Shown here: piece by piece, positions 9,431 through 19,415 of the stretch
Layout: each line of letters opens with the position of its first letter
How positions within the stretch are numbered: the stretch's first letter is position 1
Assembly (NCBI GenBank): GCA_016930515.1
Contig: JAFGGO010000027.1
Location: 21,382-85,381, forward strand
Reading direction: 5' to 3'
Length of the DNA: 64,000 nucleotides
From: Promethearchaeota archaeon
GTDB lineage: Archaea > Asgardarchaeota > Lokiarchaeia > Sigyniarchaeales > SOKP01
Notes under the pieces: model-generated
The model's database searches: none
Told to the model about the DNA's origin: nothing
What the model saw: only the letters and a program-made list of their open reading frames with translations
Made by a program: the position numbers and the translations under genes

Positions 9431-10921
9431 ATGATCGTTGAAGACAACATAGAAACGTTCAATTCCTTGATTAAGCGTCGAGGATTCATATGGGGGCCTT
9501 CCCCAGAGATATATGGTGGATTAGCTGGGTTTTATTCTTATGGTCCGGCTGGAATGGAATTAAAAAATAATGTCCTTTCGAAATTTCGAAGCGAACTGAG
9601 GGCATTGGGTTTTGGAGAAGTAGAATGTCCAACAATCATGCCCGAGATCGTATGGCAAGCTTCAGGACATTTAGAGCGATTTATAGATCCCGTTCTCAAA
9701 TGCGAAAAATGTAACACCTTGTATAGGGCAGATAAATACTTGCAGGAAATGCTCCCCGATACGATGATCGACGGGCTTTCGTTTGAAAAAATGGAAGAAT
9801 TGATCCAAAAAAATGAATTAAAATGTCCTAAATGCGATTCCGAATTCAATAAAATAGAAGAATACAATTTAATGCTCAAGACATCGGTTGGAAACGATAA
9901 GATCGCTTATTTACGCCCCGAAACGGCCACCACAACCTATTTATTGTTTAACCTTTTAAACCAAGATGCAAGGAGACAATATCCAATTAAAGTGTTCCAA
10001 TACGGTAAGGCATATCGAAATGAAATATCTCCGAGGCAATTGGTTCTCAGGATGAGAGCATTCGACCAATTCGAATTGCAGCTTTTTATAGGAAAAGATC
10101 AGGAAATGAATTTTGAAGATTACGAAGATATTAAAACGAGCAATATACCCCTAATCGATTGGAAAATGCAAGAAAAAAACATTGACATTCCTAAGATGAC
10201 TTCGCTCGAAGAAGCACTAGAGAAAAAAATCCTAAAAAAACCCGCATACGCATATTGTCTTAATCTGGGGTATAATTTAACGATGCAATTAGGATTTCCA
10301 GAAACCGTAGTGCGTTTTAGACAACACTCTCCGGACGAAAGAGCTCATTACGCAGATGACGCGTGGGATTTGGAGGTCAATACGACGCAATTTGGATGGG
10401 TTGAAATCTGCGGTATTCACGATAGAACCGATTACGACCTCAAGAGACATGGGGAATTTTCTGGGCAATCCTTTGAAATAAGCATGAATGAAGATCCTAA
10501 AGTTAAAGAGGTGCCTCAAATTCTCGAAATTGCGTTTGGTATTGATAGAATTATTTATACCCTGCTTGAAAATACATTCAACGTCGAAGAGGGGAGGATC
10601 AACCTCAAATTAAATTGTTCAATGGCACCTAATACCGTGGCCGTCTTTCCCTTGGTAAAAAATAAGTCCGATATCTTAAAACTCGCAAGAGATGTTCACT
10701 TGAACCTGCTTAAACATCGAATCAAATCGTTTTTCGATTCAGCGGGATCGATTGGAAAAAGGTATAGAAGACAAGATGAGTTAGGCACACCATTTTGCCT
10801 AACGATCGATTACCAGTCACTCGAAGATAACACGGTAACTTTTAGGGATCGCGATTCCATGCAACAAGTTAGGGTAAACATATCTGACCTTCCAGAACTC
10901 ATTAGGAAAAAATGCAATTAA
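9431..10921 (+). CDS. glyS: Glycyl-tRNA synthetase, alpha2 (archaeal/eukaryotic) type
   Basis: RRGF..S.EIYGGLAGFY.YGP, YLRPETA, GKAYRNEISPR, anticodon domain GSIGKRYRRQDELGTPFC. Confidence 0.97.
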   Translation: MIVEDNIETFNSLIKRRGFIWGPSPEIYGGLAGFYSYGPAGMELKNNVLSKFRSELRALGFGEVECPTIMPEIVWQASGHLERFIDPVLKCEKCNTLYRADKYLQEMLPDTMIDGLSFEKMEELIQKNELKCPKCDSEFNKIEEYNLMLKTSVGNDKIAYLRPETATTTYLLFNLLNQDARRQYPIKVFQYGKAYRNEISPRQLVLRMRAFDQFELQLFIGKDQEMNFEDYEDIKTSNIPLIDWKMQEKNIDIPKMTSLEEALEKKILKKPAYAYCLNLGYNLTMQLGFPETVVRFRQHSPDERAHYADDAWDLEVNTTQFGWVEICGIHDRTDYDLKRHGEFSGQSFEISMNEDPKVKEVPQILEIAFGIDRIIYTLLENTFNVEEGRINLKLNCSMAPNTVAVFPLVKNKSDILKLARDVHLNLLKHRIKSFFDSAGSIGKRYRRQDELGTPFCLTIDYQSLEDNTVTFRDRDSMQQVRVNISDLPELIRKKCN

Positions 10922-10997
10922 AAAAAAAACTTATTTAATCAAGAAATCTTTTCATACTAAATTAAATTGCATATATATACACTAAAAGTTAGCACCA

Positions 10998-13703
10998 ATG
11001 AGTCAATTCAGGTTTTATCCTTCTAAAAAGATAACGAGAATAAATTCTCGTTTTTTACAAAAGATGGCTGGTCTTACAGTTGCTCTAATCGTTTTCGCAA
11101 GCATTTTTGCAGCTTCTATTCCACGACCTATGAATAATACAATCTTAGATGAAGGTGTTGATGTCTACAAGCCACTCGATTTAGATACATCATTAATTCC
11201 CGCAAGTTATTTATTGTGTCCTTATACAACAAATATGAGCAAGGTGTACGATTTCTTCCAAGGGAACTTTAGAACTCCTCATTCAAATTTACTTTATTAT
11301 AGGTCAGGAAACGAAGATGGTACTTCCTTCTACGAAGATATCACTTATTCCCTCGATAACTTGCTCTTTTATAAGACGCTTCCCAAATACGATGAAGAAT
11401 ACGATGAGGCAGATGTTCTTAATGCTTATATAAATCTATTAACCACGAACTTAAAATATGATAGCGGAAATGTTTTTATTCATTCGATAAATGGAACTAC
11501 TGGTGAGATAGTTGATGGGGATCGATATTTGATGGATAACTTAATGCCCATCTTTTTATTGTTAGAAAATTACAATCCAAGCGTAAAAACATATATTGAA
11601 AACATAAACACCTTCCTCGGAACTGATCTTTGGGATGTAGGAAATTATGGGTATTATCACTCTAATTCCTCAACCTCGTCCAAGTTTGCGATAGACAATT
11701 TGTACGCTGTCTTAGCTAACTTGTTGATTTATCGATCCTATTCAAGCCTCTCGCTCGGAACAAATGCTTACGAATCAGCAAATAAAACAATAGATAAGTT
11801 AATGGCTAATATGTGGGATAATGATCCCGATGAAGAAGGATTTTTTATAGTTAATGACCAAGATTGGACCGATCTGGGGGGTTCTAACAACAATAAACAA
11901 CTCGATGTGAACGCAGTTGGGATAATGGCGCTCGTGGATTATTACATGACAACTAACAAGAGTACTTACTTGGACAACGCAACTCTCCTATATAATAGAA
12001 TTGATGCTAACTTATGGGTGTCGGGAGAAGGCTATTTAGATACTGCGGGAGCTGATTATTGGAATACACCTAGTAATATAACTATAAGTTCAGAATCAAA
12101 CGCTCTCATGATGCAAGCTTGCTTGAAGCTTTTTGAAGCCACGGGTAACATGACTTATTACGACAAGGCTTACGAGCTATTTCAATGCTTCGAAACCAAC
12201 TTTTACGACATTAATAACAACGCTTACGATTTTATTTCTCCCTACTATGGAGGGAGCACCAATAAGAATATTACATCAAACTTGAGGGTTATTGAGGCTA
12301 ACTTGAAAGCTTCTGATATTTATTACTCGTTCGACCTAGAAGCGAACTATGACGAAGATCTGGAAGGCGTTCCTAACTTTATTTTAGAGGAAGACGCAAT
12401 GAATATAACTTCTCGATTGAGCTATCAAGCATATCAGGGTAAGATCTATTACTCAAATATCCCTATAAATTATACTATTAGAGAATCTAATGATAATGGT
12501 ATTGGATGGACAGTAATAAACGAAACCAGCGGTATTACAAACGATTTAAATAAATCTCACGAATTATCATACGAAATTACCGAATCAATGCCCGTAAAAG
12601 AGAATTATTCCGTATTAATATATGTATACTCGGAAAAATATGTGCTTGAAACAACCGAGTTATTTTTTGATGTATCCTCTGGACTCGTGGTTGTTGGTTC
12701 AATAACTGGACTTGAGGAAATTCTCTATCAAGGACCAACCTTGAATGTGACGATTGCCATTAACAATACCAGGAGGAACGACATAATTTTAAATACTACG
12801 CTCAATAGTGTTAATATAGAAAATCAATCAATATCAAATATTTTATTCTCGACAAGTAATCTTACTTACATTTCTTTCAATCTCACAACTAACGACAACG
12901 CAGCTCTTGGAGACGATGATTTGATCTTCCAATTCAAAAAAGGTAGCGTTTTGTATTTTGAAAAACTCGTTCCTATTACAATTGGTGATTCGTTCAAATA
13001 TTCACCCTTAATTTACAGTATGAAGGTAGTAAATGGAGAATCGCTATATATAGCCTTTAACTTGATAAATTATTTACCGAAGGATCCTCAATCGATAAAT
13101 CTTAGTTTCTCGGGAAATTCCATCGATCCATTCCTTGAAGAAATTACTTTAACAGCGTTAGAATCAAAACCCATAAATGTACAATTAAATGTTACAGGTG
13201 CCGATACTGAATATATCGTGATGAACCTTTCGAAAAACGATGTAGTGTATTATACAGAGACACTCGAAATTAAAATCGTACCATTGATAGAAATCGTTTC
13301 ATGGTCTGCTCCAAGTTCAACACCCCAATGGGAGCATTCCCGAATAATTTTACGATTAGTATATAACGGAAATAATCCAGAACGATATTCACTATCACTT
13401 ATTGATCAAAATACAGATCAAGGAGTTGTAATCACCAAACTCCTTACCAAAGGAGAAAATAAGATCGAGGCGTCTATGGTGTCAACATTAAATCCTTACG
13501 AATATGGCGTGAAAAGTTATCGCTTCGAATTGAAAGATAGCGAAGGAAACATAATAACTTCCAATTTTTTCGAAGTTACCATTGAATTATCAATGACCGC
13601 GTTGTTCTTGTGTTATATATTACCTATCTCCATACCAATTGCGCTTATATTAATCTATAAGAATAAAGAATTAAAAAATAAACTATTAAGAAGATCAAAA
13701 TGA
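10998..13703 (+). CDS. Large surface protein: signal anchor, (alpha/alpha)6 toroid (GH76/AGE-like) domain, beta-sandwich domains, C-terminal TM
   Basis: N-terminal hydrophobic segment; helical repeats (LWD..N.GY, L.EATGN.TY.DKA); many N-x-S/T sequons; C-terminal TM plus basic tail. Confidence 0.6.
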   Translation: MSQFRFYPSKKITRINSRFLQKMAGLTVALIVFASIFAASIPRPMNNTILDEGVDVYKPLDLDTSLIPASYLLCPYTTNMSKVYDFFQGNFRTPHSNLLYYRSGNEDGTSFYEDITYSLDNLLFYKTLPKYDEEYDEADVLNAYINLLTTNLKYDSGNVFIHSINGTTGEIVDGDRYLMDNLMPIFLLLENYNPSVKTYIENINTFLGTDLWDVGNYGYYHSNSSTSSKFAIDNLYAVLANLLIYRSYSSLSLGTNAYESANKTIDKLMANMWDNDPDEEGFFIVNDQDWTDLGGSNNNKQLDVNAVGIMALVDYYMTTNKSTYLDNATLLYNRIDANLWVSGEGYLDTAGADYWNTPSNITISSESNALMMQACLKLFEATGNMTYYDKAYELFQCFETNFYDINNNAYDFISPYYGGSTNKNITSNLRVIEANLKASDIYYSFDLEANYDEDLEGVPNFILEEDAMNITSRLSYQAYQGKIYYSNIPINYTIRESNDNGIGWTVINETSGITNDLNKSHELSYEITESMPVKENYSVLIYVYSEKYVLETTELFFDVSSGLVVVGSITGLEEILYQGPTLNVTIAINNTRRNDIILNTTLNSVNIENQSISNILFSTSNLTYISFNLTTNDNAALGDDDLIFQFKKGSVLYFEKLVPITIGDSFKYSPLIYSMKVVNGESLYIAFNLINYLPKDPQSINLSFSGNSIDPFLEEITLTALESKPINVQLNVTGADTEYIVMNLSKNDVVYYTETLEIKIVPLIEIVSWSAPSSTPQWEHSRIILRLVYNGNNPERYSLSLIDQNTDQGVVITKLLTKGENKIEASMVSTLNPYEYGVKSYRFELKDSEGNIITSNFFEVTIELSMTALFLCYILPISIPIALILIYKNKELKNKLLRRSK

Positions 13704-15418
13704 CTAGAAACATCAAAATTCGCAGTTTAAGCCTAATTTTTATCCTGGTTTTTAGTTTCTCTTTGGTTTGCTCGGTTTTATCCGTAAATCAAGCGAACAA
13801 TGGATATAATAATAATGCACTTGGACGAGATCTTGATTTAAAAGCTTCTTTTGGCGCTTTAGATCCAACTGACATTGAGATCAACGGTTCCGCTATTTAC
13901 CGTCATTTCCAATGTTTAAACATTTCGGTAAACACGACATCTATATGGGGTGCGACAGTAGATAATGTTGACATGGAAATAAGCTTCAGCAATGGTACGG
14001 TTTCTATATTTTCAATGGATGATTTTATATCTGAAAATTATTATAGTGAGATATATTCTCCGGGAAGAAATGCTCCGCTTGGGATGCAAACGGTTCGCTT
14101 TTACGCAAAAAACGGTAGTATCATTCTGAATGATGACAATACGACTAAATCGTTTTGGATAAAACCAAATTGCGAAGTAACTCTTGATTCTCCAGAAGGA
14201 TATTACCTTGACGAGACCGTATCTGGACTTATCACGGCAATAAACGAGAGCATGTCAACTTACGATTGGAACTCGTGGAATGTGTCTATAATGGACGCTC
14301 AATTTTCAGAAAAATTTGCGTTGTCAGGTACGAGTCTAGAAGATTTTACTTTTCAAATTAATAATACTTATTTCACTGATTTTAACTCGTATTATTATGT
14401 TGCGGTTGAATTGAATAAAGACGACACCACTCAAAAAGCGATCTCGTATTTTACTTTCAAACTGCTTAATTACAATCCGGAAATAGATCCTTCAAGCATA
14501 TCTATACCGGCAGAAATCCTGAGATCCAACAGTGATAACGCTAAAATCATCGTAAATGTTTCTGATTACGAAGAAAATCCTATATATTTAAATGTCTCAG
14601 TTGCATTCCAGCACGATCTTTTTACATCCGATTTAATTCCACTCCTTAATAACAACGGAAGTGGCGTGTTTGAAGGTGAATTTTCAATAGAATATGATCT
14701 TCCGATTGGAGATTATGTAGTTAATATAACAGCTAGAGACAGCTATGGTGGTATTGGTTGTTATGTATATTCAAGTTATTTATCAGTTTTAAACAACCCT
14801 CCCATAATAGAAACTTACTACATTAACGGCGCTCCAGCTTCGAGCGGAATTTCAATTTATTATGGGACCGATATCGTATTCACGTTCAATATCTCTGATG
14901 TAGAAAGTGATCCTCTTTATGTGAAAGTTGCGTTAGTAGATCCACACAATCACTGGGTTAATTCAACCTCAGAATACGCCGAAAACATGAAAATAATCGT
15001 AAGAACCACCGATTTAGTAACTGGAATTTGGTATATATATATCTATGTAACGGATGCTGACGGAGCAGTTGTTAGTCTTACCGATGATTATGGAAATGCT
15101 CCTAGCTCTTTAACTATAGTTCCAGATTTATTAAGCGCAGTTTTGCCTTGGATTGCTTTAGTTGTTGGATTACTACTCGGTATTCTTGTTGGTTTTGGTA
15201 TCGGATATTATAAAATTAAGTCTAAAAACGGAGAACCAAGAGTTAAAGGTACTCTAAAGAAGAAATTGATTTCTCAAAAAAGTACTAAAGATGTTTCTTC
15301 TGAAGTAATAGATGCTCAAGAACCTAAAAAAGACGAAGAGACAAAAAAGACAAAAACCGAGCCCCAAGAACCAGAACAACGTAAAACTCAACAAAGAAAG
15401 ATAAAAAGAAAATTATAA
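13700..15418 (+). CDS. Type I membrane surface protein with Ig-like repeats and charged cytoplasmic tail
   Basis: Signal peptide, NxxP.I...VNVSD.E repeats, TM near residue 480-505, K/E-rich tail; ATGA overlap with the upstream gene. Confidence 0.7.
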   Translation: MTRNIKIRSLSLIFILVFSFSLVCSVLSVNQANNGYNNNALGRDLDLKASFGALDPTDIEINGSAIYRHFQCLNISVNTTSIWGATVDNVDMEISFSNGTVSIFSMDDFISENYYSEIYSPGRNAPLGMQTVRFYAKNGSIILNDDNTTKSFWIKPNCEVTLDSPEGYYLDETVSGLITAINESMSTYDWNSWNVSIMDAQFSEKFALSGTSLEDFTFQINNTYFTDFNSYYYVAVELNKDDTTQKAISYFTFKLLNYNPEIDPSSISIPAEILRSNSDNAKIIVNVSDYEENPIYLNVSVAFQHDLFTSDLIPLLNNNGSGVFEGEFSIEYDLPIGDYVVNITARDSYGGIGCYVYSSYLSVLNNPPIIETYYINGAPASSGISIYYGTDIVFTFNISDVESDPLYVKVALVDPHNHWVNSTSEYAENMKIIVRTTDLVTGIWYIYIYVTDADGAVVSLTDDYGNAPSSLTIVPDLLSAVLPWIALVVGLLLGILVGFGIGYYKIKSKNGEPRVKGTLKKKLISQKSTKDVSSEVIDAQEPKKDEETKKTKTEPQEPEQRKTQQRKIKRKL

Positions 15419-15454
15419 AAAAAAAATATCTTTACTTATTCTTTTTTTTAGCTT

Positions 15455-16369
15455 TTAACTTAATCCTAAGTCATGTAATTTATATTGGAACTTGCCCAAT
15501 TTTCCCCCATAATTACCAGCAGAGATTCTTCTTACACCAGGTACTTTAACTGCGGCTTCGATTCCAAGTTTCATTGCTTTTTTTATCACGTCTTCCGTAG
15601 CACCATCTAAAATAATCTCGTAGACGCATTCATCGCCTTCTTTTAGTAAAGAGTTTTCAATCTTGCTCTTTAATGTTGGACAAAGAGGATCGTTTGTGGA
15701 TGCCCCCAAGAAAGAGTATTGGGATCCAACTTTAGAACCAGAACGAGCAATTCCTCCTGGAAAAGGAGCTATCACATTTTCTAGGTCCTTAATGGCTTCG
15801 ATCGCCTTTTCGGCAGCTTCTAACCCAGAATCTTGGTCTTTTGATATAATAAGAAAATTACCTCCAGCAATTCCTTTCCCAGCTTTAGCAATGCTTTGTA
15901 TGATAAATTCTCCATCCATTACGGGGATTTTCCACGCCTCAAAAGGATAAACGCCTTCTAATTTTTCCTCGTACTTATCACCGAAATAACGCAAGTTTGC
16001 TCCTATCTTTGCTTCAAACTCTTTCTCTGGTTCTAAAGAACCTTTTAAAGCGTCAAAACACGCCGTGGTAGGGCATGTGAGAACGCATTGTCCCAAGCGA
16101 TTCATGAGGATAGTTCCAACTTGTTTTTTGTCTTGAATGAAGAACATTACGATAACTCCTGGTCTCTTATCTGGGGTCTTATCCGCTGGAACCATCACAT
16201 CAATGGCCGCTTCCGCATCGCAGTGGATTGTGGATGTACCATAACCAGTGGTTACCTGTGCCGCAATCCTTGCCCATTTTTCATTCTTGGCAGTGATTAA
16301 AATTCTAGCAAAAAATCCTCCAAAAGCCTCGCAATATGTATCTTCTATTTCTACTCCGTTTAATTCCAT
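15455..16369 (-). CDS. ftr: Formylmethanofuran:tetrahydromethanopterin formyltransferase
   Basis: MELNGVEIEDTYCEAF, GYGTSTIHCDAEA, RLGQCVLTCPTTA, GIAGGNF, ISAGNYGGKLG. Confidence 0.97.
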   Translation of the reverse strand: MELNGVEIEDTYCEAFGGFFARILITAKNEKWARIAAQVTTGYGTSTIHCDAEAAIDVMVPADKTPDKRPGVIVMFFIQDKKQVGTILMNRLGQCVLTCPTTACFDALKGSLEPEKEFEAKIGANLRYFGDKYEEKLEGVYPFEAWKIPVMDGEFIIQSIAKAGKGIAGGNFLIISKDQDSGLEAAEKAIEAIKDLENVIAPFPGGIARSGSKVGSQYSFLGASTNDPLCPTLKSKIENSLLKEGDECVYEIILDGATEDVIKKAMKLGIEAAVKVPGVRRISAGNYGGKLGKFQYKLHDLGLS

Positions 16370-16532
16370 TCTTACACACTTTTAATAATTGTTTATTGAC
16401 AATAAAATGTAATTTTATGTCATTTCTAAATTCTCCTCATTTAAAAATGATTCTGATTTTGAACATTCGGGTTATAAACCTTAAAAAGTTTCGAAAATTT
16501 AGGAAGTTAACGATATAAATTTGATATTTTAA

Positions 16533-17381
16533 TTGGTTAATATGAGCGAAGATAAAATTTTAAAAATCGGTATTTTAAAAAACGGAACTATCGGGTCATC
16601 CTTATTGCTCGCGTTTCTTTTGGATGAGAGGGCTGAAGGACAGCGTATAAGCGTCGTGGAAGTTACCTCGGGACCCAAGATGCACCCTCCAGAGGTTTGC
16701 ACGACAGTAATGGAAAAATTATTGGAAATGAAACCTGAGTTAATCATCATGTCAAGCCCAAATGCGGCTTTAAAGGGGCCTAAAGCATGTAGAGATATGG
16801 CCGGACACATACCAACAATAGTTATTTCTGATGCGCCAGCAAAAAAGGCGGTTGATGAGATAAAGGAAAAGGGAATGGGATACATATTGGTTGACGCAGA
16901 CTCGATGATTGGTGCCCGTCGTCCTTTCTTGGATCCTGTAGAAATGAGCATTTTTAATTCGGATTTGTTAAAAGTTCTAGCAATTTCGGGAGCTTTGAGT
17001 GTTATTGCATTTGAACTCAACAAGGTAATCATGGACATGCTCGAAGGTAAAACTCCAACGCTTCCAGAAATAATTATCGATTCCAAAACTGCAGTCAAGG
17101 CTGCAGGATTCTCAAATCCTTACGCCGAGGCAAAGGTTATTGCCGCATACGAATTGGCTTCCTCTGTATCTAAAGTTACTGGCAAAGCATGTTTTCAATT
17201 AAAAGAAAGAGAGGATTACATGCCATTGCTAGCAGCCGCACACGAAATGATGAAAACTGCTGCAGAACTATGCGTACAAGCGAGAGAAATTGAGAAAAGC
17301 AACGACACGGTCCTTAGGACGCCTCATCACGCGAAACAACACTTCCTCAAGAAGGTCAAGCTTCACGATAAAGAAGAGTGA
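16533..17381 (+). CDS. mtd: F420-dependent methylene-H4MPT dehydrogenase
   Basis: KIGILKxGxIG, LLDERAE, SGPKM, SPNAAL.GP, DSMIGARRPFLDPVEM, GFSNPYA, AREIEK.ND.V.RTPH. Confidence 0.95.
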   Translation: MVNMSEDKILKIGILKNGTIGSSLLLAFLLDERAEGQRISVVEVTSGPKMHPPEVCTTVMEKLLEMKPELIIMSSPNAALKGPKACRDMAGHIPTIVISDAPAKKAVDEIKEKGMGYILVDADSMIGARRPFLDPVEMSIFNSDLLKVLAISGALSVIAFELNKVIMDMLEGKTPTLPEIIIDSKTAVKAAGFSNPYAEAKVIAAYELASSVSKVTGKACFQLKEREDYMPLLAAAHEMMKTAAELCVQAREIEKSNDTVLRTPHHAKQHFLKKVKLHDKEE

Positions 17382-17492
17382 AATTGTAGTATTACACCTT
17401 CTTTTTTGTATTTTTTTTATTTTATTTTATTCAAAATATGATATATTAAACAATAATATAAAAAGGAAACAAGAATGATTAAGATATGAAAA

Positions 17493-18443
17493 TTAAATAG
17501 AGCTTCTCAAAAAGTCTTCAAGATTCTTGAGTTCTTCTCCATTCAAGGCGTTCATGACACCATTGAAAACTTCGGGTTTTTTATTTTTTGTAACGGCCAT
17601 GATTACTCCAACATCTTCGAGTTGTTTGATAAGCACATAAGAATCGTCAGATTCGTAAACGATAGTTGATAACGAAAGAGGTGATGGATTCGTGTTTACG
17701 AGCAGCATGACTTTTGAATAAATCTGATAAAGATTAGAGTCTAATGTTCCCATTTCCAATTTCATAAATTGTAGTGGTTTACTATCGAATTTTCCTATAG
17801 TTGAAGCGATGAGCAAGCCATCTGGCTGGTTGAATAACATGTATTCTGAGAGCGATTCTGATTTCAATTCGTTTAACAAATGTCTTATCTTTCCTAATCT
17901 TTGCATGGATAATGTGTTTTTTTGAATCTCGTAATCTAAAATTTCAATTAGTCTGTGTTGGGCGCTCCCTTCCTTTACGGATACGGGAGTAAAAACAATC
18001 TTTTCTTTAATTTCTTTTTCCAAGTCTTTTGATAGAATCTCGTAGTAATCGTCTTCCCTAGAATTGTCCAAGTCAATCTTGTTCAATAATACATATATCT
18101 TATCTACATGGGGGCTAAATTCCCATACATACGTGTGAAATTTATCGAAGATATCTTTTACATTAGCCTCTGGAGCAGCAGTATCCACCATAAATATTGC
18201 CGTGGTAATCTCTGAAAAGATCAACTCGCGTTGGGATTCAGAAAAATACCTTTCCATGTAGCGTTCTTGCCCTCCAGCGTCCCAAATGTTTAACTCCATG
18301 ATACCTCGAAAGATAAAATTTTCTCGAGAAACGCCTTTGGTCGGCTTGAGGTTTATGACTTTCATGAAATTATATCCGAGACAAGTTGTTCTCATCAAGC
18401 TTGTTTTTCCCGCGTTTTGAGGACCAAAAATGAGAATTTTCAC
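17493..18443 (-). CDS. Rag/Gtr1-like small GTPase with C-terminal roadblock-like domain
   Basis: G1 GPQNAGKTS, G2 PT, G3 WDAGGQ followed by Rag-type ERYMERYF..QRELIFS, G4 NKID; C-terminal DGLLIAST roadblock-like region; GTG start with GGAGGT SD. Confidence 0.85.
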   Translation of the reverse strand: MKILIFGPQNAGKTSLMRTTCLGYNFMKVINLKPTKGVSRENFIFRGIMELNIWDAGGQERYMERYFSESQRELIFSEITTAIFMVDTAAPEANVKDIFDKFHTYVWEFSPHVDKIYVLLNKIDLDNSREDDYYEILSKDLEKEIKEKIVFTPVSVKEGSAQHRLIEILDYEIQKNTLSMQRLGKIRHLLNELKSESLSEYMLFNQPDGLLIASTIGKFDSKPLQFMKLEMGTLDSNLYQIYSKVMLLVNTNPSPLSLSTIVYESDDSYVLIKQLEDVGVIMAVTKNKKPEVFNGVMNALNGEELKNLEDFLRSSI

Positions 18444-18808
18444 GATCTGATACCTCCTTGACTAATGGTTGTTTTAAAGGTCATTTTTTTTAAGTATTGT
18501 GCGTGATGGTTTATAAATTTCATAATCAAGCGTGAATTATGTTTTAATATTTTCAGAATTATATTCCTTTTTTTAAAATATTATACTAATTTTTGCTATT
18601 TAATATTTTTCTTTTTTTCGCCTTCTTTTCTTTTTATTTTATAAATACTCACTTGAATCGCATATGAAATCTCATTTAGAACTAGATAAACTCATTTTTC
18701 CCTCTAATTCTATCAATAGTTGAAATGTTTTAAGGATTGATAAAAACTCGAGGGACAAGAGCGATTGAAATAAATATAATTAAATATTTTGTTTTTTAAG
18801 TATTCAAA

Positions 18809-19366
18809 ATGCACGATAAAAAAACGAGAATGAGAAAAATGGATCTTTTAAAATACATACGCAATGTACCTAATTGGCCAAAAGAAGGAATTCAATTCAA
18901 GGATATAACGACATTATGCGTGGCACCCGAAGCTTTTAAAGAGGCTTGCGATCGATTAGTTACACATTACAAGGGAAAGGGAATCACTAAAGTTGCGGCG
19001 ATTGAAGCGAGAGGATATGTCTTTGGATCAGTCATCGCCTATTTAATAAACGCAGGTTTCGTACTTGTCAGAAAGCCAGGAAAACTGCCCGCCGACACAA
19101 TACAAGAAACTTACGAGCTTGAATATGGAACTGATACCATCGAGATGCACAAGGGCTCGATCAAAGAGGGTGAAAAAGTCCTCATTATAGACGACTTATT
19201 AGCAACTGGTGGAACCGCAAAAGCTGCAGCAAATTTGGTTGAAAAAGCTGGAGGTGTCGTTGCAGGAATCGGGTTCGTGATTGAGCTCACGGGGAGCTTA
19301 CGCGGGCGGGAAAAACTTGAAGGATACGAAATATTTTCGTTATTAGATATCTCTGTAGAAGAGTAA
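18809..19366 (+). CDS. apt: Adenine phosphoribosyltransferase
   Basis: P.WPKEGIQFKDIT, IEARGY, VRKPGKLP, YELEYGTD, PRPP-binding IIDDLLATGGT. Confidence 0.97.
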   Translation: MHDKKTRMRKMDLLKYIRNVPNWPKEGIQFKDITTLCVAPEAFKEACDRLVTHYKGKGITKVAAIEARGYVFGSVIAYLINAGFVLVRKPGKLPADTIQETYELEYGTDTIEMHKGSIKEGEKVLIIDDLLATGGTAKAAANLVEKAGGVVAGIGFVIELTGSLRGREKLEGYEIFSLLDISVEE

Positions 19367-19415
19367 TTTTTTTAATATCTGATTTTAAACTCTTTTTTAT
19401 TTTTTAACATTAGTT

